Shown: positions 50,460-63,369, counted from the stretch's first letter. The stretch: DNA of 64,000 nt from Heptranchias perlo (GCF_035084215.1 NW_027138407.1:1364001-1428000), one strand, 5' to 3'. Notes: generated by a model from the letters alone, not told the origin. Numbers and translations are program-made.

Positions 50460-51370
50460 GGGCTCAGTGCGCAGTAATACACCGCGGAGTCTGTCAGTTG
50501 TGTTTCAGACACATTCATTGGAAATGTTCTCTTCACTTTATCAACCTCCGCCGAGAAACGTCGCTCTGCAAATTTTGCTTTGTTAACTCCATTGAACAAG
50601 TCTGTCCACAATACGTACTCCATGGATCCACTGGGATACTGACGGTACCAGAATAGATAAGGATTGCCGTTGCTTGTATAATTACAGAGCAACTGAACAT
50701 CACCTCCTTCGCTTACTGTGGTTGCAGTTGGTGTCTGTGAAACAGAGTCTCCTCGGCAATGTCCTGAAAGAGGACAGAGCGATATTAAATTAAATAATTT
50801 CACTTCACTGTGTCTGTTCCCCGGAATCAGCCTTTCATCCGCACCACTTAACTGAGAATGAATCGGGGCAGTTAAACAGAAATACATTTCCCTCCAGCTC
50901 AGGGCTGCAACGGGAAGGTGCTTGGATCGACTGAATATATTTTCCTATAATGTACTTTCAGCACCTTCCAAAGGGATCAGTTTCTCACCTCCACCCCTTG
51001 TGGGGTGAAAGGAAAATTCGAAACGGTCTGTGAGTTAAAGACACACGAGTCTGTCACAGTCTGTCATCGGCCCCGGCGTTGCGGGACAGGCCTGCCTCTC
51101 ATTTGACTGTAATTTGAACTCAACTCTTCCACTTTCACTTCATGGGGGAAGTTTCTCGAGTTTCTCTAAACAGTGTTTAATGTGAGTCAAGGTGGATCAG
51201 GATAGTTTTCCTCATTTCGGATCAATCTATTCATATACTTGTGTTCAGGGAAATGATCGATTAAATATAATGCATCAGAAAGATGTGAAACATAGTTTTG
51301 CTTTACTTGTGAACTTACCAGTTAAGAGAGCGGCGGCTGCGACGAATAATTAAACAGTATCACCCAACAT
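50460..51370 (-). pseudogene. TCR V (family Z) with a stop codon in the leader; V exon and RSS intact
   Basis: Leader ATG TTG GGT GAT ACT GTT TAA; V exon 50763-50460 open; RSS CACAGAG 50453-50459 + 23 + ACAAAAAAT; intron ~260 bp longer than in paralogue 42389. Confidence 0.85.
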
Positions 51371-52219
51371 GTTTACAGAGAGTTGATGGCGAATTTGAAC
51401 AGAACGGGTTGAACTTAGAATTATTTTAGTCAATAGTTGGGAAGATGTTGAGTAATATTTGGGCTCTCTGCCGATTGGTTCATCCCGGACAGAGTCAGCA
51501 GGTGACATCCAATCTGTTCACGGGGCCTTTGTTCTCCAATTCATCCAATCAGCTCACACGTCCTTTGTTCTCCAATTCATCCAATCAGCTCACACGTCCT
51601 TTGTTCTCCAATTCATCCAATCTGCTCACAATCCCTTTGTTCCGCAATTCTTGACGTCAGGGGGGAGCAGTGAACGGAGCGAACTTGTCGTCGTCACAAC
51701 ATCGGGGATTAAACCCAATGTTGGCCCTTTAACAGGGTCAGCAATTGAGGTGGGTGCAGTGAAGGGAAATAGTTAATGATGATCTGATATCAGTGCCAGG
51801 GGCTGCTCATTGTCAATTAGAGCTACCCGCAGCTGACATTAAGCGGGATATCACGGCCAGAGGGCGCTGAGGGATTTGAACTCAATGATACGGTAAATCA
51901 GACAATGCCCACCTTTTATATGAATGAAATGGTGAGTGACTGAAATTTCTGAGCAGCATGGAGGGAAGCGAACAGCCGATGAGCTCAGTGATACCGGAGT
52001 GAGTTGCTTAATAAAAATATAAATACCATATTGACATCAAAAATTACCATAATTCACAATTAAGTTCGTAATTACACATTTATAAAACAGACCTCCATTT
52101 AAAATTAATGCCTGCATTTCTAGATATGTTTATTTAATCCCTTTATTAAATAAATTGATCAATGTTTTCAGGATGTAACTCGCCCCTCCACCCAGATCAA
52201 CAGAGAACATGTCCTCCCA

Positions 52220-52233
52220 CTGCCCTCTGGTGG
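52220..52233 (-). promoter_or_regulatory. CTCF-like motif
   Basis: CCACCAGAGGGCAG on the minus strand, upstream of V 51370. Confidence 0.6.
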
Positions 52234-52772
52234 CGATTACACGTAAAAGTTTTTCAATTTTATTGACAGAAATTGGGTGGCTAAGGGTAATGTGGAACCC
52301 TTAAGAACTGATGCAGGTGATATTCTAATTGAAAGTAATGAAATGGCAGACTGTAATTTAATTATTTTGCATTGGTCTTCACATTAGAGGAAGAGGATAA
52401 AGTACCAGAGATAAGAGAGAAAATAAAATAAATCATTAGGAGGAATTTACTAAGTTTAATATAAGTAATAAAATGGTGGCGGAGAAAATAATGCCACTGA
52501 AGGTTGAAAAATCTCCAAGACCTGAATCATCGGTTGATTGATCCATTTGTTTATCTTCTTAGTTTGGTTTCTGTTCTACCATCAGATCACATTCCAGGTC
52601 ACATATCTGATTCAGTGAGAGGAGGTGAGAGTTCTTTGCTATTTTTGATATGTACTGTTTCCCAGAGACAGTGTTATAAAACACCCCGCGCTCTGACACC
52701 AGCACAGAATGCGAGCGGCCAGCCTCCCTGTCAGGTTTTTGTACGGTTTCTGCTGATCTTTGCTGCATTGTG

Positions 52773-53300
52773 TCTCTACCGCACAGAAATAGGTGGCGGT
52801 GTCTGTCACTCGAGCGCCGCTAACATTCAGAGCACTGCGCTTCTCTGCTGATCTGAACCGAGCCGTGATCCTTTTCTCATCTCTAGTACCGGTCACCAGG
52901 TGCTGCACGGTTCGGTTCGGGTATTGTCTGTACCATTGCATGTTCAGTACTACGACTGTGGTGGAACAGTTCAATGATGCAGTCTCTCCCTCGGTGACAA
53001 CCATCGAGTCGGGAGATTGCGATACCTCGTCACTGCCAGTGGCATCTGCGAAGCATATGGAGATATTAATGCAATGCAATAAAATGTAATTTAATGTAAT
53101 GTTATATAATATATTGCAATAAATATTATCTATATATATATATCAATAAATATAATACAAATATATATATATTTATCTAAATATATATCAATAAATATAA
53201 TTTATAATATGAAAAGTATTCCTTCCAGACAAAGATTGGGACCATACTCACACGGAGGGGAGAGTAAGAAATGCAGAGAGATAAACACGAACGCATTCAT
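52773..53300 (-). CDS. TCR V-alpha-type segment with short CDR2 region, apparently functional
   Basis: Leader 53300-53252 MNAFVFISLHFLLSPP|gt; V exon 53045-52773 (EVSQSP..LNC..WYRQ..TYFCAVE); RSS CACAATG 52766-52772 + 23 + ACAAAAACC. Confidence 0.92.
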
Positions 53301-56300
53301 GTCGGATCCTATCGACTTGTCGGCAGATCCAGGCCGAAGGAGGCGTCTGGAGAAGGCAGCGCTGTTGTGTATCAGTCTGAGTGCTACACGACGACAATGT
53401 GCGCGTCACACTCGGGTCTCTTGGACTCACAAAGTGAACCTGTGAGGTGAGGTCCCGGCTCAGCATTGATTGGGTGGGGTGGAGAGCGCAGCCGCCGAAG
53501 AAACAGCGCGTCATCCAGAATCAGACTCGGAACTGGGAACAGAGAACGCAAATCGAGATCAGCTTCAAGAACGCAATTTAAACCCGGCCACCAGGTGGTG
53601 CTGACTGAGCGCTGATCCTCACCACCGATCACGTTGCATCAACCAATTCGGACTGACATTTGTTTTAATATAAATTAATCGGAAATTCCTTTTCAACTCT
53701 CAGATTTCTGCTAATATTATACCGTTCCATTACAGTTTAATAATTCCACACGTTAGTTGACTGTAAACCAACTGGTCACCTTCAATTGGCACTGTTTACA
53801 ATTACTATGTTTCCGCTTATGAGTGACAATGGGTTGGAATTTTGTTATATTTTCCAACATCTGCTTTCACCCCCATGGTTTTATCCCAGTTCAGTGATGA
53901 TTTTTGAAGCTAATATAACAACCGCTGCAATTTCTTTCACGAGTCTGGGAGTAACGGTTCTGATAGAGAAATTGAGTTATATAATTTCCCAGGGGTACAT
54001 TATTATTGAAGTAATTTCCATACACATATATTTCATGTGGGTTGCTGAGCTGAATGCTGCAGTTGAACAAACGGCGTCAACGCCGATGGCCCCAGTCAAT
54101 GTGAACATGGCGTTTTCATTTTTATTCATTGTCACTTCAAATGAAATAAATACAAATGGATTTTACAACATTTACATCCGTGGTGCGTTCATTTCTCCCC
54201 GCAGTGACCATCCTCTCCACAGCAAACTAAATGGAAAAGATACAAATAATTCAGGGACAGAATGCTCAGTTTGACACATTCGACAGGCAAACATTTACCA
54301 GAATCCGCCACTAGTTGGCGCGCCCGACCCGTTAGGAGTTTTCACACTGATACAGGACCGAAAGGACCATCAGAAATTGTCAAATGTATAACACAGATAC
54401 AGGGTCAAAACGGAAAACAGAAATTGCCGTTTCTCTTTGTCTTATACAACGGAAGCATACAGAGCAAAGACCATACGGACGTCACGGCAAATTTCAAAGC
54501 AGACGAATAACGAAAGGAAAATATAAAATATATAATCATTTTTGAACGATTTAGGGGTACAGAAACAGAAATTGGGAAACAAGCTGATGATGCTCTAAAA
54601 GAATACGAAGTTTATAAACTGGGGCATGGATTGCAAAACACAAAGAGTTAATGCTAAACCTGCACAAATTATTGGTGAGGGCACAGTTGGAATATTTGGA
54701 ATAAAAACAGAAAATGCTGGAAATACTCAGCAAGTCAGGCAACACCCGTGGAGACAGAAACAGAGTTCACATTTCAGATCCAAGAATTTCGTTAGAATAT
54801 TTGGCTCAGTTTTGAGTGCCCATCTGTAGGATGACGTTACAATGAAGGACAGGATGAAGACGAGATTGGGAAAGATGAACCAAGTGTGAGAGACGTTAGT
54901 TCTGAGGGGAGACTTGAGCAACTAAGGATCTTTTCACGAGAATGACGAAGGTAAGGAGCTATCTGACAGAGGGGAGCCCAAATACATAAGGTTTGGAAAA
55001 GGATGAAAAGAGACCCAGTTAATCCGACATAGAGTGAGTAACTAGATGGTGTCGTTTCAGATCATCACTAACTTAACGGAGGGAGAGGTTCGAAGATGTT
55101 AGTATTCTTCCACAGAACATTGAAACGTTGATGGCAACAGAACCTATGATCGCGTTTAAGATCCAAATGGATAGATATTTGAAAAAGAAAATTGAATAAA
55201 AATTTTATAGGAGAAAGGCAGGGGATTGCGACTAAGCAGAAAGCTCTTTCGGAGAGTCAGCACAGGGGTGGGTGTGAGAATGGCCCATCTCTGTGCTGTA
55301 CAGTTCTAAGATATTAAGACCGCGATGACAATTTAAGTTAGAAATGCAACAGAGACAAAATCTTCCTGGATTATTTAATATGTCGCTACACATAGCGACC
55401 AGACAACTCCGTTCCGAGTGATGATTCAAGAGTTCTTTGGTTTGAAAATCATCCAATCCCTCAGTGGGACTGTGAATGATGTCAGGTGCAATATCCCATG
55501 TTAGGCCGATTGGTGAGACTTTCGCCCATCAGTCTCAAACCGTACGGGGTGAATGTAAAGCTCTCCCCTCTCCTCCCCCTCCCAACCATTGAAAGTCTTG
55601 GACATGTCAGCAAGTTCTAATCTGGAAATCAGAAACTTATTCATCCGCCTTAACTCCATCTTCATCGTCATGAGGAGGAAACTCACTAGAAAATCTCTCC
55701 TGCACCCTCTCCAAGGGCTTCTTAAAGTGTGGCGTCTGGAACTGAATACAATGTTGCAGCTGAGGGCTAACCGGGGATTTATAAAGGTTTCGGATAATGT
55801 CCTTACCTTTGTACTTTATGCCTCTACTTATAAAGCCTCATCAGCTTGCCTTGCTCACGAAAGTTATTAGATCAGCTGCAAAAATCTTCATCACTGAGCT
55901 GCGGTACAAATATAGGGGTGAATGCGGATGCTGGAGAATAAAAGAAAATGCCAACCCATTCCAAGTTAATTGTCATAATGATGAAATAATTCTCTAACTC
56001 TAAACAGTGTCAACTGGAAGTGCCCAGCTCATTTACAATCAACTAATGTGTGAAATTATTACACTGTAAGTTAACGATATAATATTAATGAGCTTAAATA
56101 TGAGAAGTCGATAATATTGTTTTGAAAAATTATGTTCAAACAAATGCCAGTCACGAATGGGAAACAGCGTTCTGTCAGCGCCACCTGTTGGCCGGGTTTA
56201 AGTACCTTTTTTGAGCCGATCTCACAGAACATTGTTCTCCATTTGTTATCTCTGTTCCCATTTCCGGGGCTGATTTAGGATGATGCGCTGATCCCCTGGA

Positions 56301-56359
56301 GCATAAGCTGTGTGTCCCCTGCCCCCCCTCACCGATCAATGATGAGCCCGGACATCACC

Positions 56360-56558
56360 TCACAGGTTCACTTTGTGATCACGAGTCACAGAGATCTGTG
56401 TGTGACGGGTACACTGTCGTGGTGTTCGGCTCAGATTGATACATAACAGCGCTGCATTTTCCAGGAGCCTCTTTCGGACTGCAACCGCCGGCAGTTACTT
56501 TGCACAAGTCGATAGGATCCGACATGAAACTGAGCTAGAATTTAGTGTTTATCTCCCT
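56360..56558 (+). pseudogene. Orphan promoter/leader start paralogous to V 53300, truncated by a LINE
   Basis: Inverted match to 53280-53450 (cacaggttcactttgtga..caagtcgataggatccgacATGaa..gtgtttatctc); ATG at 56524; LINE follows directly. Confidence 0.65.
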
Positions 56559-56559
56559 G

Positions 56560-57170
56560 GAAATAACATTGTAGTTAACGAGGAGAGTGAAATATCAGAT
56601 GGAATAAACATAGTGAGAGAGGGAGTATTAAAGGGTTTCGCATCTTTGAAAGTAGATAAATCGCCATGCCTGGACGAAATGTATCCCAGGCTGTTCAGAG
56701 AAGCAAGGGAGGAAATAGCGGAGGCTCTGACCATCATTTTCTAATCCTCTCTGACTACAGGCGTGGTGCTGGAGGACTGGGGGACAGCTACCGTTGTACC
56801 GTTGTTCAAAAATGGAGAAAGGGAGAGGTCGAGTAATTGCAGGCCTGTGAGCCCAACCTCGGTGGTGGGCAAATTATTGGAAAAAAATCTGAAGGACAGT
56901 ATAAATCGTGATTTAGAAAGGCGTAGATTAATCAAGGACAGTCAGCATGGATTTGTGAAGGTGGGTCGTGTCTGGCTAACTTGATTGATTTTTTTAAGGA
57001 GATAGCAAGGAGAGTCGATGAGGGTAGTGCTTTCGATGTAGTCTACACGGATTGTTGCTAGGCTTTTGATATGGCAGACTCGTCACGAGCATAAAAGCCC
57101 ATGGGATCCAAGGGAGAGTTGGATCCAAAATTGGCTCAGTGGCAGGAAGCAAAGGGTTATGGCTGTTTTT
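56560..57170 (+). mobile_element. CR1-clade LINE RT fragment
   Basis: KSPCLDEMYPRL..DWGTATVVPLFK..NCRPVSPTSVVGKLLE..SQHGFVK, with stops and frameshifts. Confidence 0.85.
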
Positions 57171-57688
57171 GTGACTTTGGCCCATCATGCCTGTTCCAGC
57201 TCTTTGAAAGAACTATCCAATTACCCCACTCTGCCAATGGCCCTGCAATGTTTTTCCCTTTCAAGTATATATCCAATTTCCTTTCGAAAGCTACTATTGA
57301 ATCATGTTCCACCACCCTGTCAGGCAGTGCATTCCAGATCACAATAACATGCTTTTAAATGTTTCACCAGAAACACTCTGTGCCTCAACAGTATATTCGC
57401 GTCTGCGTTGGATGATGTGACAGAGCACTTGCGTGCATGGGAATTAATCTGGACACCAGTCTCTCTGAGCTCATCCTGCGGTCTCTTACTTTTCTAATCA
57501 ATAGATCTGCTCAGTTCTGATGTAAATATTTTTTTTGGTTCTCTCTCTAAGATGATTATGACCAAGGCTTCAGCAGCAAAGTGGTTTGAATTGGTTGAGG
57601 TCAGGATCAGCCCGAGGAAGCTGTCCCGTTTTAGTCGAAACAGGAAGCTGGTTTTTGTATGAGGCTGCCTGCAGTATGAGTCGCTGTG

Positions 57689-58141
57689 AGGTTCCAGGGC
57701 ACAGTAATACACAGCGTTATCAGTCAGCTCCAAGGCAGAGATGGTCAGACTGGTGAATCCGTCCGTTGCTTTCAGCTCTGAAGAGAACCGTTCTCCGAGA
57801 TTATCTGCTTTATATTGTTGACCGTTACTGTGTCTCTTCAGGAGATACTCCAGCCCTTTCTGTGGATGTTGTCGGTACCAATCCAGGTAATAGATTGTGT
57901 AGCTTGTGGAATAAGTGCAGTTTAATGTCACTGTCTCTCCTTCCTCATGCTTTAATATCGGCACCGTCTGTGTCACGCTGTTTCCAAGAACCACTGCAAT
58001 AGTCAAATCAATGGAATAATAAAATCGTAGGAAAATAAAAGATAAAGGTACATTTTTTCATAACACTTAAGTAAAATACTCACCCGGCAACAAAAAGAAA
58101 CGCGTGCACAGCGAATATATCCCCACTAACATGAGAGCCAT
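57689..58141 (-). CDS. TCR V-alpha/delta segment (family Y), apparently functional
   Basis: Leader 58141-58084 MALMLVGIYSLCTRFFLLP|gt; V exon 57993-57689 (NSVTQ..TLNC..WYRQ..YYCALEP); RSS CACAGCG 57682-57688 + 23 + ACAAAAACC. Confidence 0.93.
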
Positions 58142-58875
58142 TGCCTGAGCTGAACTGTGTCGCCGTTTTCTTGTGAAAAGCTGTCCTTTGATATTAGAGA
58201 GAAAGTGTCGGTCTCTCACCCACTGCGAAACACAAGGTGCAGCTGGAATTAAAAACTGCGAAAACGTGATCTTCAGGGTCAAGAGAAGGCGTAGACAAGA
58301 GACCACGTGACATAAGAAAGCTCCTCCCACCGATCGGCTGAGCAATCGTCATCATCAGGGACAATAGTAGGCAACGACTGCGTGAAAGAAAAGAACAGAG
58401 AACTGGACGGGGTTAACCCACGTGGATTTGTACATAGTCTGCCTGTGAAGAGAGGGAAACGAAAGAACAGAAGGTTTAACGGGATCGATCTTAATTTGTG
58501 TCTATCTTTGTGTGTAACCTTCCATCTCCTAAACTGTCTCAATCACAGAAATATTTGATCTGTAATTCCATGAAGTCCCTGCACAAGTCCTTTGCATCAA
58601 TCAGCTAATCTGTGTAGTTTAATATAATCCAATAGTTACGGTCCAGCACTGGCGCCAGTATTATTAGAAACGTGTCTGACTGAATCCCCCACAGTGACTG
58701 GGAATTGAACGAGCCGGAGAGTGAGAAGGGGAGAGTCCACCCGGGGCCTGTTAAGCTCATTGTTCCATCCACACACTGCAGTGGGCGCGCCCGATTGTGA
58801 CGTGATCCGTGCTACCATCCCTATTGGCTTTGGTAATTACATCACGTGACGGTCTAATTTCCATGCATGAGTTTG

Positions 58876-58889
58876 GCGCCCCCTGCTGG
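58876..58889 (-). promoter_or_regulatory. CTCF-like motif (consensus match)
   Basis: CCAGCAGGGGGCGC on the minus strand, ~740 bp upstream of V 58141. Confidence 0.65.
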
Positions 58890-59539
58890 CGGATTCCGTT
58901 CAATCCGATTTGGAACGAGGTCATTGAATGGATTTCGGGTTTATGGATCGTATATAAAAAACACGTGTACCCAATTGTCTTTCAACGACCTGGATTAGAG
59001 CTGATTAAACCCGCTCATTATTTCTGATGCTGTGTAATCCCTTCATTTCTCTCCCATTCTATTTGTCCCCATCATTTGCTCAGTGGGCAGGAGCAGTTTG
59101 TAAACTCACCTCTCCAGACTCAACCAACGCCCTTTCCGCTCCATCAGCTCCGATTGCAGCTGAACGGCGCCGCGCACTTCCTGCTTAAACAGAGTCTTGA
59201 ATTCGCTCAGTTCTGAGACTGCGGCAGCCCCGCCCACACCTTCAGTTTGCCGCTCTCTCTCTGAGCCGCCTTTCCTTCCCTGTGTTAATGGAGAGATTGC
59301 TGCAGCTGTTCCCTGTTTGGCATTGGTTGCATCTGCAGTGCAGTTGGGCGGGCATCTGTATTTCTGCTCCAACCGAGAATTTTCCGTACTGCGCTCACTG
59401 ATCCATCTGTTCATCTTTCCAGTCTGGTTTCTGTTGTGCTATCGGATTACAATCCAGGTCACAGATCTGATTCAGTGAGAGGAGGTGAGAGACGTTTGAT
59501 GGTTTTTGTACGGACTAACTACGCCCATATAACAGTGTG

Positions 59540-59977
59540 GGGCTCAGTGCACAGTGATACACGGCAGAGTCAGAGACAAGAGCCCCGGTGATATTTAAAG
59601 GAACCGTTTTCTTGCGTTCGTCCAAATCAGCAGAGAACCGGTCTGAGAAATCTGGAGACATATCTCCCTTTCCCGAACCAGATCTCCTCAGTAAATATCT
59701 CGGAGCTTCCCCGGGATACTGGATGTACCAGAAGAGGTAGGGAAAGTTATTGCTTGTGGAGTAACTGCAGTTCAGTATTATGGTCTGTCCTTCCTGAACC
59801 GTTAATTCAGGCGGATCCTGGGACACTGAATCTTCGCCACTGGCTCCTGTAACAAAATAGAGAATGTGTCAAAACTCTGTGAGTAAATATAAGCCAAGAA
59901 ACACTCACTGACCATTTTACCATCGACTCACCAGGCAGCACGACAATTATTATCAGTAAGGAACACAGGGAGCACAT
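59540..59977 (-). CDS. TCR V-alpha/delta segment (family W), apparently functional
   Basis: Leader 59977-59932 MCSLCSLLIIIVVLP|gt; V exon 59846-59540 (DSVSQDP..LNCSY..WYIQ..VYHCALS); RSS CACACTG 59533-59539 + 23 + ACAAAAACC. Confidence 0.92.
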
Positions 59978-60787
59978 GGTGTCCTGTATAGGGTTCGATA
60001 GAAAATAGCAGAATGTGTTCAATATGTTGACCCTTCCAGTCTGAAATTAAAGAGTAAACTCAGATCAGGGCAGGAATCACGTATTGGGAAACTGAGGGGC
60101 GTTTCGCAGGGACAGGATTGGCTGGTCTATCAGCACGGACACCGGCAGTACACCAATCACTGTAAGTCGGGGACCAATTGTTGAGTTTGGTCGCGAGAGT
60201 TCCTGATTCAATCCAAACCCTTTGCTGGTCCATCGATGTAAGTCTCTCTTTCTCTGTTTGTCTCTCTCTCCCTCTGTTTGACTTGGATTCTCCTTCACTC
60301 CCTCACTTTCTTTCTGTCTGTGTGTCTCTCTGTCTGTGTGTCTCTCTGTCTCTCTCCAACTCGGTCTCTTTCACAATCTATCTGTATTTCTGCTTCTCTC
60401 TCTTTCACTCTCCAACTCGGTCTCTCTCTCTCTGTTTATCTCAGTGACTTGCTCCCTCTCTCTCTCTCATTCGCTCTCTCTCCGTTATTGAGGTGAAAAT
60501 TGAACAAAGTCTAACTCAGTCTCAATCCCCGGTATCACTGAGTTCTCTCCGCACTGAATGAGCTCCATCAATCGTCACAGCCTTAAGCCCACGAGGGACA
60601 TGATAATTGAACACTGCTCTGCACCGGGTGAGGGAGCTTTCGAAAAATGTGACTTGTCAGATCTGAACCAGATCCAGGACTTTTCCTTGTCCAGATTGGT
60701 CCTGTTATTAACCCCATAGATCTGCAGGTCTGTGCTAATAGGGGACTGGAAGTATTTGAATTTGAACCTGGATTAAAATGGTACAGA

Positions 60788-60960
60788 AATGTCACACAAA
60801 CATGGCCGACTGAACGTCACACAAACATGGCTGAATGTACGTCACGCAAACATGACCAAATGTACGTCACGCCAACATGGCCGGCTGCACGTCACGCAAA
60901 CATGCCGACTGCACGTCACGCAAACATGGTCAATTGTACGTCACACAAAAATGGCCGACC
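60788..60960. repeat. Minisatellite, ~25-bp unit (second array at 63120-63230)
   Basis: gtcacgcaaacatggccgactgtac repeated about 7 times. Confidence 0.85.
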
Positions 60961-61549
60961 GCGTTTGACCTGCATCGGATGACGCTATTAGTTTTGTTGG
61001 GACGTCAAAACCCCGTGGAAGGCTGTTTTTCCCACTGATTCAGGGTCAGGGCTCACGGGCCGTCTTCAGCAACAGCTCAGTGACAAAAAGCCCGAGTTTA
61101 TGCAGCCTGTGACCCTTGACCCAGGGGATCAGTATCGGGCATCTCAAAGGGACCTAACCTGTTTCTCTGATTTTCTGTACTTCGGAGGGCGGGGTGGGGA
61201 AGCAGGTGTCGGTGGCAGTTTGAATAAGAATTGGAAGAAAATGAAATTCAAGTCTTTTGATCTTAATTTATTCAGTTAGATTGATAAAGAGCAAGTTTTT
61301 ATGTCGGCTAATAACTAAAGATATTTTCCTGCAAGTAACATTGTAAAGTAGGATCAGAAATTTTAAAGTAATTTTAAAGGAGAACTATGCAGGTAAGCGA
61401 GGCTCCCCACGGTGAATCACCACATTCCCTGTCTATACTCAATGGATTAAGATCTGAGCAATGTACCAGTGCAGATGAGTGAGGCTCCCAGCGGTGGATC
61501 AGGCCAATGTCTGTCCACTCTGTGAACGAGCGACCGAGAGACGAGATGA

Positions 61550-61800
61550 ATAATGATGAGACTGAATGCAGTGGTGCAGAGAGACACCAACAGAGGGAGA
61601 TTGATAAAGGTGAGACTGAGTACATTGACAGAGAGACACCAACAGAGAGAGATTGATAAAGGTGAGACTGAGTACAATGAATGATACAGAGGGACACCGA
61701 CAGAGGGAGGTTGATAAAGGTGAGACTGAGTACAGTGAGTGATAAAGAGAGAAACCGAAAGAGGGAGACAGAGAACGGTGAGACTGAATACAGTGTGCGA
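61550..61800. repeat. Minisatellite, ~50-55-bp unit
   Basis: gagagacaccaacagagggagattgataaaggtgagactgagtaca repeated about 4 times. Confidence 0.8.
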
Positions 61801-63369
61801 TACAGAGAGGCGACAGCAAAGTGGGGCAAAGATTCCGATGAGCATTTGTAAATATAAAGACACAGAAAGGGGGCAGTTTTATAATCGTTGTGCTGACTAT
61901 TCCACAATGACCCCCTCATTCCGTGCAGTGAGGTAAAGGGATCCGCAATGTTCTGTGTAATATAACTGGACAGTGAGAGGGCTGATTATAAACAGCCTGA
62001 GGTACAGTGACTCACACGGGCACTGAGAGAGAGAGAGATTAACGCTGTCTGAAGATCAGGGACATGTAAACACAGACTGCAGACTGCACTTTGTCATAAG
62101 GTAGCATGGGAATGGGTGGGAATATGTGGCTTGTGAAGGGAATGGGGGAGATAGGGATAAAAGAGCAGAGGGAAAAGCAGAACAGTTTGGGAAAAATCAT
62201 CGGAAAGAGAGGTTAAAAAATAGACAGGTATCAGGAAAATAAACAGAAGGCTAAAATAAAGCAAAGAAACTTATGAAATAGGATAATGAAAGTGATTGAA
62301 TGAAAGGAAGATGCGAGCAATGTATCTGAGCAGGACAGTGAGACCGCCCCCCTCCTCCACGGTGGATCAGTTCAGTGCCCGCCTATACTCAATGGTTAAA
62401 GATCTGAGCAATGTACCTGTGCAGATGACTGACGCTCCGCTCAGTCCACCAGCCGAGTGCCTGCCTGTGTTCAATGGTTAAAATGTTCTCCCCAGGTAGC
62501 AGCCCTGAAACCCGGATCCAAGGCGGGAGAGTCCTCACACAGGCCAAGGAAGGAGCCATTTGGGACATTGCCACATGGCAGAAGGCCCATTCTTCTCCTC
62601 CACCCACGGATACAAACAAACTCACCTTGGACTCTCCCACATCTGGGAGGGCGGGGTCTCAGGCGCAGGGTGCAGTTACCTGGTAGGGAAGGGGCTTTGG
62701 ACTGGGCGGAGGGTGGACTTTGTGTGACAAGCCTCTGCTATATTTTGGGAGGTCAGACCCACCGACCAACTCGCTTTTGCTCCTGGGATGCGCTGCTGCA
62801 GTCAGATTGGTAAATGATTCTCCATCTTTAAACTCCTGTCTCAGTGCACAGGAAAATTAAAATGGATTGTAGGACAGTGTGGGTGTCTGTGTATCTTTAA
62901 AAGCACTGTCTCTTTCTCAGTGCATATATTTAAAGTGTTCTGAGGATGATTGTAGTAAGGTGTGTGTGAGACTTGATCCAGCTCCTACCCATCCTTCCTC
63001 GCATTCTTGCACCAGTTTGCCGGCCCTGATCAGGGTCTTTCCCCTCCAGACAGAGCCGTGGGTCGACGATCTGTGAGGCGATGTTGCGATGTTTTGTCGA
63101 GTGAGAGCATCACCCGTGGCCAACTGTATGTCACGCAAACATGGCCGACTATACGTCACGCAAACAGGCCGACTGTACGTTACGCAAAACATGGCCGACT
63201 GTACGTCACACAAACATGGCCGGCTGCGTGTGCGACGTGAGTATCGCATCGTTATTTTCTTTCCCTCCTCTCCTTTCTTTCTCTCTCATTCCATTCTTTC
63301 CCTCTCCTTCCTTTCACGCTGTTTTCTTCTCTTTCCCTTGTCGCCTGTTTCCCCCCTTTTTAATCCCCT

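Noticed and set aside
53786-54274. 162-aa hydrophobic ORF
   Set aside because: Non-ATG start, AT-rich, no recognisable domain or exon signals.
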